Origin: Macrostomum hystrix
Lineage: Eukaryota > Animalia > Platyhelminthes
Assembly (NCBI GenBank): GCA_950097015.1
Contig: CATNEN010000038.1
Coordinates: 20,212,001 to 20,276,000, forward strand
DNA length: 64,000 nucleotides
Direction: 5' to 3'
A program made the translations under genes and the position numbers. The notes below the pieces were generated by a model. The model saw only the letters and a program-made list of their open reading frames with translations. It did not search any database and had not been told where the DNA came from. Below, one piece after another: positions 27,701-39,400 of this stretch; the first letter of the stretch is position 1, and the number at the start of each line of letters is the position of its first letter.

Positions 27701-30700
27701 CGGATCTCTGCCCGGATCAGGTTGGCCCGGAAATCAGAAATGTTCCTGGATGTATCCCTGAAACCAAATCTGATCCGGGGTCACAGTTTCCGGGAAATTC
27801 ACCCAGATCTTGTCTTTCTCACCCAGATTAACACCTACTTCCGGGCAAACCTGATCCGGGCATTGATCTGGGACTTCACACGGAAACCACCACTGATCCG
27901 GGGTCACAGTTTCCGGGAAATGCACCCAGATCTTGTCTTTCTCACCCAGATTAACACCTATTTCCGGGCAAACCTGATCCGGGCATTGATCTGGGACTTC
28001 ACACGGAAACCACCACTGATCCGGGGTCACAGTTTCCGGGAAATGCACCCAGATCTTGTCTTTCTCACCCAGATTAACACCTATTTCCGGGAAAACCTGA
28101 TCCGGGCGATGATCCGGGCCTTCACATGGAAACCATCTCTGATCCGGGTGAACTGGACCGGGAAATTGGCACGTATCGAGATTTTTTTGCCCGAATTGAG
28201 TTCTTTTTCCGGGAAATAAAAATCATGTAATTCCCCGGATCATAGTCCCGGAAAAAAGAGGGTGATCCGGGTCAAATTTTCTGATCCGGGCCTTCACCCG
28301 GAAATGTGAGTGTTTCCGAACCCGGATCACTAATTTCCGGGTCAAGTTTCCGGGTGAATTTTTTGACGGGTTACAGACAATCATTATCCCATATCCTCAG
28401 TTTCAGACAGCCATTATCCCATATCCTCAGTTTCAGACAGTCATTATCCCATATCCTCAGTTCCAGACAATCATTATCCCATATCCTCAGTTTCAGACAG
28501 TCATTATCCCATATCCTCAGTTTCAGACAGTCATTATCCCATATCCTCAGTTTCAGACAGTCATTATCCCATATCCTCAGTTTCAGACAGTCATTATCCC
28601 ATATCCTCAGTTTCAGACAACCATTATCCTATATCCTCAGTTCCAGACAGTCATTATCCCATATCCTCAGTTTCAGACAGCCATTATCCTATATCCTCAG
28701 TTTCAGACAGCCATTATCCCATATCCTCAGTTTCAGACAACCATTATCCCATATCCTCAGTTTCAGACAGTCATTATCCCATATCCTCAGTTTCAGACAG
28801 TCATTATCCCATATCCTCAGTTTCAGACAGCCATTATCCCATATCCTCAGTTTCAGACAGTCATTATCCCATATCCTCAGTTTCAGACAGTCATTATCCC
28901 ATATCCTCAGTTTCAGACAATCATTATCCCATATCCTCAGTTTCAGACAGTCATTATCCCATATCCTCAGTTACAGACAATCATTATCCCATATCCTCAG
29001 TTTCAGACAGCCATTATCCCATATCCTCAGTTTCAGACAGTCATTATCCCATATCCTCAGTTCCAGACAATCATTATCCCATATCCTCAGTTTCAGACAG
29101 TCATTATCCCATATCCTCAGTTTCAGACAGTCATTATCCCATATCCTCAGTTTCAGACAGTCATTATCCCATATCCTCAGTTTCAGACAGTCATTATCCC
29201 ATATCCTCAGTTTCAGACAACCATTATCCTATATCCTCAGTTCCAGACAGTCATTATCCCATATCCTCAGTTTCAGACAGCCATTATCCCATATCCTCAG
29301 TTTCAGACAGTCATTATCCCATATCCTCAGTTTCAGACAGTCATTATCCCATATCCTCAGTTTCAGACAATCATTATCCCATATCCTCAGTTTCAGACAG
29401 TCATTATCCTATATCCTCAGTTTCAGACAGTCATTATCCCATATCCTCAGTTTCCGACAGTCATTATCCCATATCCTCAGTTTCAGACAGTCATTATCCC
29501 ATATCCTCAGTTTCAGACAGTCATTATCCCATATCCTCAGTTTCAGACAGTCATTATCCCATATCCTCAGTTTCAGACAGTCATTATTCCATATCCTCAG
29601 TTTCCGACAGTCATTATCCCATATCCTCAGTTCTAGACAGTCATTATCCCATATCCTCAGTTTCAGACAACCATTATCCCATATCCTCAGTTTCAGACAG
29701 TCATTATCCCATATCCTCAGTTTCAGACAGCCATTATCCCATATCCTCAGTTCTAGACAGTCATTATCCCATATCCTCAGTTTCAGACAGTCATTATCCC
29801 ATATCCTCAGTTCCAGACAATCATTATCCCATATCCTCAGTTCTAGACAATCATTATCCCATATCCTCAGTTCTAGACAGTCATTATCCCATATCCTCAG
29901 TTTCAGACAGTCATTATCCTATATCCTCAGTTCTAGACAATCATTATCCTATATCCTCAGTTCTAGACAATCATTATCCCATATCCTCAGTTCTAGACAA
30001 TCATTATTCCATATCCTCAGTTCTAGACAATCATTATCCCATATCCTCAGTTCCAGACAGTCATTATTCCATATCCTCAGTTCCAGACAATCATTATCCC
30101 ATATCCTCAGTTCTAGACAATCATTATCCCATATCCTCAGTTCTAGACAATCATTATTCCATATCCTCAGTTCTAGACAATCATTATCCCATATCCTCAG
30201 TTCCAGACAATCATTATCCCATATCCTCAGTTCCAGACAGTCATTATTCCATATCCTCAGTTTCAGACAGTCATTATCCCATATCCTCAGTTACAGACAG
30301 TCATTATCCCATATCCTTTAGTCCAAAAGTACCCAGATCAGAACTACAAAAATACCCAGTTCCTCTGCTTAAAAAGGCTCATATAAAATTCTCGTTTATC
30401 TGCCTTCTTTACCCGAAATCCCATCTTTTTTTAATGCATGTAATGCTTTCAGGAGTCAACTAATTATTGACACTGTATTCTACTTGCTACAGGTGTATCG
30501 AGATCTAGACTATAGGCGCAACTGGGACTCGTACGTCAACGAGCTGAAGGTGCTGCTTCAGGAGGGCGACGATCGTGAAGTAGTCTATTGGCACGTGAAT
30601 TTTCCCTGGCCAATGTCGCACAGAGACTACGTCTATCAGCGCCAACTGAAGATATTGCAAACCGCGGCAGGAAATCAGGCCTGGATTGTCCTAGCTAAGG

Positions 30701-32320
30701 CTTGCAATGAGTTAAGCCTGGTGCCAGAGAAATCCGGAATAATTCGCGTTATTGACTACTTACAGTCGTGCGCGCTCACATCTGATGGACAGGGCGGCAC
30801 TAGAGGTAATTCAGTTAAATTCACAGCTACCTCCTAATCTCTTGGGTAGAATTCACACCGACTTACGAGTACTAATCTCATGGTTAGAACTCACAGCCTA
30901 TCTTCTAATTTCATGGATAGAATTCACAGCCACCTACTAATCTCATGGATAGAATTCACAGCCACCTACTAATCTCATGGGTAGAATTCACAGCCACCTA
31001 CTAATCTCATGGGTAGAATTCACAGCTACCTACTAGTCTCATGGGTAGAATTCACAGCTACCTACTAGTCTCATGGGTAGAATTCACAGCTACCTACTAG
31101 TCTCATGGGTAGAATTCACAGCCACCTACTAATCTCATGGGTAGAATTCACAGTTACCACTGATCTCATGGTTAGAACTCACAGCCTATCTTTTAATTTC
31201 ATGGGTAGAATTCACAGCCACCTACTAATCTCATGGGTAGAATTCACAGCCACCTACTAATCTCATGGGTAGAATTCACAGTTACCTACTGATCTCATGG
31301 TTAGAACTCACAGCCTATCTTTTAATTTCATGGGTAGAATTCACAGCCACCTACTAATCTCATGGGTAGAATTCACAGTTACCTCCTAAACTCTTGGGTA
31401 GAGCTCACAGCCACCTACTAGTCTCATGGGTAGAATTCACAGTTACCTCCTAAACTCTTGGGTAGAACTCACAGTTACCTCCTAAACTCTTGGGTAGAGC
31501 TCGCAGCCACCTACTAGTCTCATGGGTAGAATTCACAGCTACCTACTAGTCTCATGGGTAGAATTCACAGCTACCTACTAGTCTCATGGGTAGAATTCAC
31601 AGTTACCTACTAATCTCATGGATAGAATTCACAGCCACCTACTAATCTCATGGGTAGAATTCACAGCCACCTACTAATCTCATGGATAGAATTCACAGCC
31701 ACCTACTAATCTCATGGGTAGAATTCACAGCCACCTACTAATCTCATGGGTTGAATTCACAGCCACCTACTAATCTCATGGGTAGAATTCACAGCCACCT
31801 ACTAATCTCATGGGTTGAATTCACAGCCACTTACTAATCTCATGGGTAGAATTCACAGCCACCTACTAATCTCATGGTTAGAACTCACAGCCACCTACTA
31901 ATCTCATGGGTAGAATTCACAGCCACCTACTAATCTCATGGTTAGAACTCACAGCCTATCTTTTAATTTCATGGGTAGAATTCACAGTTACCTCCTAAAC
32001 TCTTGGGTAGAGCTCACAGCCACCTACTAGTCTCATGGGTAAAACGAAATTTTATTGGTTATTTTTATAAAAACTGTTTTTTAATGCACTACTTAAGTCG
32101 TGCTGAATGAGTAGTATAATGCACTGCTGAAAATGCTAATATAAATTTCCCAAATTCTTTCGCAGCCTACATGCAATACTACGACGATCCGCGCGGATCT
32201 ATACCGACTATGCTGATTAACTGGGGGGCTAAGACTGGCGTACCCGGCTTCCTATCCATGATGCAGAAGGCTGTGAACGAGTATGCCCAGTATCAGAATA
32301 AGCAGAAACAAGAAAAATGA
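15718..32320 (+). CDS. PCTP: Phosphatidylcholine transfer protein (START domain), about 220 aa, 3 exons; intron 1 is 14.6 kb and holds a transposon
   Basis: Exons 15718-15912, 30493-30805, 32166-32320 total 663 nt in frame. Motifs SGLYKYKIYG, VYRDLDYRRNWDSYV, YWHVNFPWPMSHRDYVY, YYDDPRGSIPTMLINWGAKTGVPGFL. Confidence 0.9.
16090..17187 (+). repeat. 30-bp minisatellite, left half (interrupted by the transposon)
   Basis: Unit gacagtcattatcccatatcctcagttyca. Confidence 0.97.
17455..17930 (+). repeat. Left subterminal 42-bp tandem repeat of the transposon (about 11 copies)
   Basis: Unit tccgggtcagtttccgkgcgaagagtacggattggtgtccaa. Confidence 0.95.
18360..18475 (+). repeat. (TTA/TTG)n low-complexity tract inside the transposon
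   Basis: Run of gttattgttatt-type trinucleotides. Confidence 0.85.
19298..21001 (-). CDS. Transposon accessory protein, about 523 aa: coiled coil plus C-terminal BEN-like domain; 2 exons
   Basis: ORFs 20516-21001 and 19298-20473 join in phase through intron 20437-20568 (C|GTAGGT...cacacAG|GT), giving THDALR-QEMNELRTL. The segment SLIRTVLRAVFTADEFRTSTASG...KLGLVRVY resembles the BEN consensus. Confidence 0.7.
21687..22346 (-). CDS. Transposon-borne orphan ORF, 219 aa (3' end may be spliced)
   Basis: GC-rich ORF co-oriented with the transposase; AAAATG start preceded by a cattccAG acceptor; short predicted coiled coil (LKVLLAENARLREDI). No family recognised. Confidence 0.55.
   Translation of the reverse strand: MSHELTGTVRKINAILRDNTGLRRLQRQRQSNGADKQLQVSWPLPNDTGRDPAPYAVRDDSFKDQLEWATRYLKVLLAENARLREDIGAALPLNQTFTSNAATLTTEVSEMRTSGYPKRQYVQVVRRPWCKVGDPGFRVRKAEPLSRAMRAEGWLSAGDPYFDEDCTWATQGLQLTPKKRVDADEACNPLLPLAPSSQVTADWPREKSPTFPPTKYRRV
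23031..25763 (-). CDS. CACTA/EnSpm-type DDE transposase, about 910 aa from MSHQLT (ORF extends to an upstream ATG at 25796)
   Basis: CxxC..CxxC (CTQC...CIHC); LCSDG (first D); LCGLWAG; IFDAPARA (second D); FNAVYGCDKC; CYLH (C/D-xx-H motif); YNAHHVCSH; LFESMH (E). No internal stop. Confidence 0.88.
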   Translation of the reverse strand: MSHQLTSAMPATTASASAVIMPNVEKRRDYMREYMRRYRSANANETDKSMSKNRPLTGAERMQRLRDLAFLEKRNNAAGSNEQPRESDTGDNEQSTWSDAGGSEQPRESDTGDNEQSTWSDAGGSEQPRESAAGGCDSQSEDDPSCVPARRPHVYTGPAIIDSPIFDGPAVSLRRAVQILRTLFLQTNLATPKRQTVLTALQQLMPGCSLPSSDYVFSKLAAELEDKSVVGSTMCHSVCTQCLRTYPGRNVLCIHCGTTECLAHFWQFDIAKQIAKHIEAGLLEAVFWPELVSSLDEQKNYYGTSMLYQRFLHSIAVERRADLSYTLCSDGFSVHTTSCTEVCPVYMSITEIVPRQQWKFVILCGLWAGKAKVHPASFLPIVIEQLNTLRVSGMDIFNTAGETVRLRLHPLLTIFDAPARADALGLKRFNAVYGCDKCYIQTRQQPGGYGRFFPAAITPAMLNAARAKGCVEPTLRTLADTGRLALQQPELHTPTRQIKCILGVVRLSPLTRLVGFDYIQASPPCYLHQACSGLCRALLHQLFLVRREKPDPNSTCPDLHARIANVDQQVAKIKIPRSANRVPRKLREVKQFRGHEFEFWIVAYLPMCLEDFLAESHRDHYLFFQVVSSALFWLTLEGGPKSELLHVRTTLKYVYVALETLFSVRHQSYNAHHVCSHMVDYAYLAGPLQRQSSGLFESMHYRLKMRLKGTRLLDVELVNIVERMVAASQGLVGGATYRPHHNDGGDFMRRFGCAVAKRSLGTPAGSWTSVLCDSGLFIEVFKADMRRRRRVSCFVGTWSSQDGTFHFHRVRHIVESANQIADETPVLVATLLRLPVQNLEIEPLHAMSGVLFESDIRGCRFSHVRRLLCDPFDDTDDRPVSLVPVDEIVGCCAVSETHIALLPHPQLGMS
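26359..27225 (+). repeat. Two clusters of a 61-bp tandem repeat (about 26359-26520 and 26982-27225)
   Basis: Unit cgtaggtcagctgcgtagcggctgcctttagcctcaacagttgcgaggattgattgcccct; about 3 + 4 copies. Confidence 0.92.
27419..28153. repeat. Large subterminal inverted repeat built from 123-bp units
   Basis: gttcacccggatcagagatggtttccatgtgaaggcccgg... on the left is the reverse complement of ...ccttcacatggaaaccatctctgatccgggtgaac on the right. The same peptides appear on both strands in the ORF track. Confidence 0.93.
28371..30317 (+). repeat. 30-bp minisatellite, right half
   Basis: Same unit, resuming in register after the TT duplication. Confidence 0.97.
30810..32040 (+). repeat. 32-bp minisatellite (PCTP intron 2)
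   Basis: Unit gggtagaattcacagccacctactaatctcat. Confidence 0.96.
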
Positions 32321-32579
32321 AGCAGTCTTGTCAGATTTTTACCAGTGCTGTAAGCAACATGAACAATTGAACTGGCTTTGATTGATTTTTTTCATTTCTT
32401 TGACTTTTATTTCCTCAATTTAATTAAGTATGCTCTATAGCTGATACTCAATTGTGGTAGCAATTTTTTTATGTCAGCTTGCTTTTGATACTGCGCAGAT
32501 TTACAATAACTGACGTGTTGCGTTACATGTGTACACTTTAAATGTGTTACGCAACGTATTTCAGGACTTACATAAATTT

Positions 32580-32930
32580 GCTTGCCTATAACCTGCCTTC
32601 CTATTCTCCGTGGGTTGCCTCTAACCTGCCTAATTCCAATCCTCCGAGGGTTGCCTCTAAAACTGCCTTACAATCCTCCGTGGGTTGCCTCTAACCTGCC
32701 TTCCTATTCTCCGAGGGTTGCCTCTAACCTGCCTTATAATACTCCGTGGGTTGCCTCTAACCTGCCTTCCTATTCTCCGAGGGTTGCCTCTAACCTGCCT
32801 TATAATACTCCGTGGGTTGCCTCTAACCTGCCTTCCAATCCTAAGTGGGTTGCCCCTTAACCTGCCTTCCAATCCTCCGAGGGTTGCCTCTAAAACTGCC
32901 TTCCAATCCTCCGTGGGTTTCCTCTAATCC
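32580..32930 (+). repeat. 33-bp minisatellite; same family at 40420-40935
   Basis: Unit cctccgtgggttgcctctaacct(gcc/ccc)ttcaat. Confidence 0.93.
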
Positions 32931-33455
32931 TATTATTATTATTCGGCTTCTGTATACAACATGAAATATTGTGATAATTCTACCTTTGTTTGTTTTTTTT
33001 ATGCTATTAACCCTAAAACATTTTTCTATCAAAAGTGTTTATTTTTGGTTTTGTGTGTTTATTTATTACATTTTTAGTTCCTTCGTTTTAGCACTTAGAT
33101 TTGAAACATTTTCTACCTGAATAAACTTGGTCAGTTATGAACGTAGTTATAGTTATGAACGCTATCATATTTTATATTTAAGACATGCAACAATTACTAA
33201 GGCAGAAATATACAAATCGGAGAGTGGATAAAAATCTGATTTACCTGCCTAAAATTACATTTTGCAGTGCTTGACTACTGATAAAGCAAACAATTTAGCC
33301 AATTATTTAACTTCTACGTTTTTTTTACTTCTGTGGATGGGTGTGTGTGCCTGAGTCCATTAGCAATTAAATTACCATTTTTACAATAATCCAGCTAACT
33401 TTCAGAGGCAAGTGAAAGCTTACTCCTTATCAGCGCGATCTAGTTGAGTTATTAA

Positions 33456-36400
33456 ATGCTGGCCGCGGCCATTGCCTCCGCTGGGAGTCGGTTGCTAAGC
33501 AACTGCGCATCGCTGCTGATTGGCCAAGGAATCCAGCTCCGCTGCCTGCGCACACTGCCAGACGCATTGCGTCCCAGCTTCGACAACCGAATCAATCGCC
33601 TAGCTGACGAATTCGACAGCCTGACAGCTCGCATCGCCGCTGAAGCCTCCTCGTCGTCGGCATCGTCATCAGCCTCCGGTGATGTTGAAGCCGCTTCTAT
33701 TAGATGGCGTCAATTGAAGCCTTTAGCTGACAAGATCGACGATTTGAGGCTGATGCGCCAGCTGGCTGTTGAGACGCGACAGTTTATTGGCGCCCTGACA
33801 GGCGGCAGCGAGGGAGACGACAATGAGACCGATGCCAACGATGGCGACGAAGCCGTTGAACTTATTGACATGGCCCGGTTGGAGAATAGCGAACGAGATC
33901 GGACTATTGCTGGACTGGAGGTGGAAATTGCTCAACTCCTGCTACCGCTCAGGTATTAGCGAGAGAGTTCTGTGACTGTGTGTGACTGCCCATTCTGTGA
34001 CTGCCCATTCTGTGACTGCTTGTCGTTTCTGTGACGTGACTGTCTGTCTGTGACTGCCTGTCATGTCTGTGACTGCCTGTCATCTCTGTGACTGCCTGTC
34101 ATTTCTGTGACTGCTTGTCGTTTCTGTGACGTGACTGTCTGTCTGTGACTGCCTGTCATGTCTGTGACTGCCTGTCATCTCTGTGACTGCCTGTCATTTC
34201 TGTGACTTGTCTGCCATCTCTGTGACTGCCTGTCATGTCTGTGACGTGCCTGTCATCTCTGTGACTGCCTGTCATTTCTGTGACGTGCCTGTCATCTCTG
34301 TGACTGCCTGTCATGTCTGTGACTGCCTGTCATTTCTGTGACTGCCTGTCATCTCTGTGACTGCCTGTCATACCTGTGACTGCCTGTCTGTGACTGCCTG
34401 TCTGTGACTGCCTGTCATGTCTGTGACTGCCTGTCATGTCTGTGACTGCCTGTCATGTCTGTGACTGCCTGTCATGTCTGTGACTGCCTGTCATGTCTGT
34501 GACTTCCTGTCATGTCTGTGACTGCCTGTCATTTCTGTGACTGCCTGTCATCTCTGTGACTGCCTGTCATGTCTGTGACTGCCTGTCATGTCTGTGACTG
34601 CCTGTCATGCCTGTGACTGCCTGTCATGTCTGTGACTGCCTGTCATGTCTGTGACTGCCTGTCATCTCTGTGACTGCCTGTCATCTCTGTGACTGCCTGT
34701 CATGTCTGTGACTGCCTGTCATCTCTGTGACTGCCTGTCATCTCTGTGACTGCCTGTCATGTCTGTGACTGCCTGTCATGTCTGTGACTGCCTGTCATGT
34801 CTGTGACTGCCTGTCATCTCTGTGACTGCCTGTCATTTCTGTGACTGCCTGTCATTTCTGTGACTGCCTGTCATCTCTGTGACTGCCTGTCTGTGACTGC
34901 CTGTCATCTCTGTGACTGCCTGTCATCTCTGTGACTGCCTGTCATTTCTGTGACTGCTTGTCGTTTCTGTGACGTGACTGTCTGTCTGTGACTGCCTGTC
35001 ATGTCTGTGACTGCCTGTCATCTCTGTGACTGCCTGTCATTTCTGTGACTTGTCTGCCATCTCTGTGACTGCCTGTCATGTCTGTGACGTGCCTGTCATC
35101 TCTGTGACTGCCTGTCATTTCTGTGACGTGCCTGTCATCTCTGTGACTGCCTGTCATGTCTGTGACTGCCTGTCATTTCTGTGACTGCCTGTCATCTCTG
35201 TGACTGCCTGTCATACCTGTGACTGCCTGTCTGTGACTGCCTGTCTGTGACTGCCTGTCATGTCTGTGACTGCCTGTCATGTCTGTGACTGCCTGTCATG
35301 TCTGTGACTGCCTGTCATGTCTGTGACTGCCTGTCATGTCTGTGACTTCCTGTCATGTCTGTGACTGCCTGTCATTTCTGTGACTGCCTGTCATCTCTGT
35401 GACTGCCTGTCATGTCTGTGACTGCCTGTCATGTCTGTGACTGCCTGTCATGCCTGTGACTGCCTGTCATGTCTGTGACTGCCTGTCATGTCTGTGACTG
35501 CCTGTCATCTCTGTGACTGCCTGTCATCTCTGTGACTGCCTGTCATGTCTGTGACTGCCTGTCATCTCTGTGACTGCCTGTCATCTCTGTGACTGCCTGT
35601 CATGTCTGTGACTGCCTGTCATGTCTGTGACTGCCTGTCATGTCTGTGACTGCCTGTCATCTCTGTGACTGCCTGTCATTTCTGTGACTGCCTGTCATTT
35701 CTGTGACTGCCTGTCATCTCTGTGACTGCCTGTCTGTGACTGCCTGTCATCTCTGTGACTGCCTGTCATTTCTGTGACTGCCTGTCATTTCTGTGACTGC
35801 CTGTCATGTCTGTGACTGCCTGTCATTTCTGTGACGTGCCTGTCATCTCTGTGACTGCCTGTCATGTCTGTGACTGCCTGTCATTTCTGTGACTGCCTGT
35901 CATCTCTGTGACTGCCTGTCATACCTGTGACTGCCTGTCTGTGACTGCCTGTCTGTGACTGCCTGTCATCTCTGTGACTGCCTGTCATGTCTGTGACTGC
36001 CTGTCATCTCTGTGACTGCCTGTCTGTGACTGCCTGTCATCTCTGTGACTGCCTGTCATGTCTGTGACTGCCTGTCATGTCTGTGACTGCCTGTCATGTC
36101 TGTGACTGCCTGTCATGTCTGTGACTTCCTGTCATGTCTGTGACTGCCTGTCATTTCTGTGACTGCCTGTCATCTCTGTGACTGCCTGTCATGTCTGTGA
36201 CTGCCTGTCATGTCTGTGACTGCCTGTCATGCCTGTGACTGCCTGTCATGTCTGTGACTGCCTGTCATGTCTGTGACTGCCTGTCATCTCTGTGACTGCC
36301 TGTCATCTCTGTGACTGCCTGTCATGTCTGTGACTGCCTGTCATCTCTGTGACTGCCTGTCATCTCTGTGACTGCCTGTCATGTCTGTGACTGCCTGTCA

Positions 36401-39400
36401 TGTCTGTGACTGCCTGTCATGTCTGTGACTGCCTGTCATCTCTGTGACTGCCTGTCATTTCTGTGACTGCCTGTCATTTCTGTGACTGCCTGTCATCTCT
36501 GTGACTGCCTGTCTGTGACTGCCTGTCATCTCTGTGACTGCCTGTCATTTCTGTGACTGCCTGTCATTTCTGTGACTGCCTGTCATGTCTGTGACTGCCT
36601 GTCATTTCTGTGACTGCCTGTCATGTCTGTGACTGCCTGTCATCTCTGTGACTGCCTGTCATGTCTGTGACTGCCTGTCATGTCTGTGACTGCCTGTCAT
36701 TTCTGTGACGTGCCTGTCATCTCTGTGACTGCCTGTCATGTCTGTGACTGCCTGTCATTTCTGTGACTGCCTGTCATCTCTGTGACTGCCTGTCATACCT
36801 GTGACTGCCTGTCTGTGACTGCCTGTCTGTGACTGCCTGTCATCTCTGTGACTGCCTGTCATGTCTGTGACTGCCTGTCATCTCTGTGACTGCCTGTCTG
36901 TGACTGCCTGTCATCTCTGTGACTGCCTGTCATGTCTGTGACTGCCTGTCATGTCTGTGACTGCCTGTCATGTCTGTGACTGCCTGTCATGTCTGTGACT
37001 TCCTGTCATGTCTGTGACTGCCTGTCATTTCTGTGACTGCCTGTCATCTCTGTGACTGCCTGTCATGTCTGTGACTGCCTGTCATGTCTGTGACTGCCTG
37101 TCATGCCTGTGACTGCCTGTCATGTCTGTGACTGCCTGTCATGTCTGTGACTGCCTGTCATCTCTGTGACTGCCTGTCATCTCTGTGACTGCCTGTCATG
37201 TCTGTGACTGCCTGTCATCTCTGTGACTGCCTGTCATCTCTGTGACTGCCTGTCATGTCTGTGACTGCCTGTCATGTCTGTGACTGCCTGTCATGTCTGT
37301 GACTGCCTGTCATCTCTGTGACTGCCTGTCATTTCTGTGACTGCCTGTCATTTCTGTGACTGCCTGTCATCTCTGTGACTGCCTGTCTGTGACTGCCTGT
37401 CATCTCTGTGACTGCCTGTCATTTCTGTGACTGCCTGTCATTTCTGTGACTGCCTGTCATGTCTGTGACTGCCTGTCATTTCTGTGACGTGCCTGTCATC
37501 TCTGTGACTGCCTGTCATTTCTGTGACTGCCTGTCATCTCTGTGACTGCCTGTCATACCTGTGACTGCCTGTCTGTGACTGCCTGTCTGTGACTGCCTGT
37601 CATCTCTGTGACTGCCTGTCATGTCTGTGACTGCCTGTCATCTCTGTGACTGCCTGTCTGTGACTGCCTGTCATCTCTGTGACTGCCTGTCATGTCTGTG
37701 ACTGCCTGTCATGTCTGTGACTGCCTGTCATGTCTGTGACTGCCTGTCATGTCTGTGACTGCCTGTCATCTCTGTGACTGCCTGTCATGTCTGTAACTGC
37801 CTGTCATGTCTGTGACTGCCTGTCATGTCTGTGACTGCCTGTCATGTCTGTGACTGCCTGTCATGTCTGTGACTGCCTGTCATTTCTGTGACTGCCTGTC
37901 ATCTCTGTGACTGCCTGTCATTTCTGTGACTGCCTGTCATCTCTGTGACTGCCTGTCATGTCTGTGACTGCCTGTCATGTCTGTGACTGCCTGTCATGTC
38001 TGTGACTGCCTGTCATGTCTGTGACTGCCTGTCATCTCTGTGACTGCCTGTCATGTCTGTGACTGCCTGTCATCTCTGTGACTGCCTGTCATTTCTGTGA
38101 CTGCCTGTCATCTCTGTGACTGCCTGTCATGTCTGTGACTGCCTGTCATCTCTGTGACTGCCTGTCATGTCTGTGACTGCCTGTCATGTCTGTGACTGCC
38201 TGTCATGTCTGTGACTGCCTGTCATGTCTGTGACTGCCTGTCATCTCTGTGACTGCCTGTCATGTCTGTGACTGCCTGTCATGTCTGTGACTGCCTGTCA
38301 TCTCTGTGACTGCCTGTCATCTCTGTGACTGCCTGTCATCTCTGTGACTGCCTGTCATGCCTGTGACTGCCTGTCTGTGACTGCCTGTCTGTGACTTCCT
38401 GCCTGTGATGTCTGTGACTGCCTGTCTGTGACTGCCTGTCTGTGACTGCCTGTCATGTCTGTGACTGCCTGTCTGTGACTGCCTGTCATGTCTGTGACTG
38501 CCTGTCATCTCTGTGACTGCCTGTCATCTCTGTGACTGCCTGTCATCTCTGTGACTGCCTGTCATGCCTGTGACTGCCTGTCTGTGACTGCCTGTCTGTG
38601 ACTTCCTGCCTGTCATGTCTGTGACTGCCTGTCTGTGACTGCCTGTCTGTGACTGCCTGTCATGTCTGTGACTGCCTGTCTGTGACTTCCTGCCTGTCAT
38701 GTCTGTGACTGCCTGTCTGTGACTGCCTGTCTGTGACTGCCTGTCATTTCTGTGACTGCCTGTCATGTCTGTGACTGCCTGTCATCTCTGTGACTGCCTG
38801 TCATGTCTGTGACTGCCTGTCATGTCTGTGACTGCCTGTCATGTCTGTGACTGCCTGTCATGTCTGTGACTGCCTGTCATGTCTGTGACTGCCTGTCATG
38901 TCTGTGACTGCCTGTCGTGTCTGTGACTGCCTGTCATGTCTGTGACTGCCTGTCATGTCTGTGACTGCCTGTCGTGTCTGTGACTGCCTGTCATGTCTGT
39001 GACTGCCTGTCATGTCTGTGACTGAGTCTGTCTGTGGCTGAGCCTGTCTATGAACCATCCTCCAACTCACGCACCCAGGCCACTGCCCTCCGACTGTCCT
39101 GTACTGTTAGAAGTGAAGCCGGGCGTCGGCGGCGTCGAAGCGATGCTGTTCGCCGCAGAACTGTTCGACTTGTACGTTGCCTACGCTGCTTATCGGGGTT
39201 GGAGCTGTGCCGTTGTGGAAGATTCCCGGGTTGAGCTGGGCGGACTGCGCAGCGGCACTTTAGAGGTGAGCTGCAATCTTGCCTTGTGTCTAGCATAAGA
39301 CCCTCTGTTAAACAAGTTTGTGTTCTATAGATCTATTGGCATATAAAATCGTGTTCTCTACATCAATCAGATTAGCAAATGGAATCTTGTTCCGTTGATC

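Larger units (their letters stand above)
17188..28370 (-). mobile_element. Autonomous-looking CACTA/EnSpm (CMC superfamily) DNA transposon, 11,183 bp
   Basis: 39-bp TIRs CCCGTCAAAAAATTCRCCCGGAAACTTGRCCCGGAAATT at 17188-17226 and 28332-28370 (2 mismatches). 2-bp TT duplication: removing the element and one TT restores the minisatellite unit ctcagTTacagacaa. CCGG-rich subterminal repeats and an intact transposase ORF. Confidence 0.93.

Noticed and set aside
28306-30321. 671-aa ORF
   Set aside because: A stop-free frame of a 30-bp intronic minisatellite (SFRQSLSHIL)n with a GTG start inside the transposon end.
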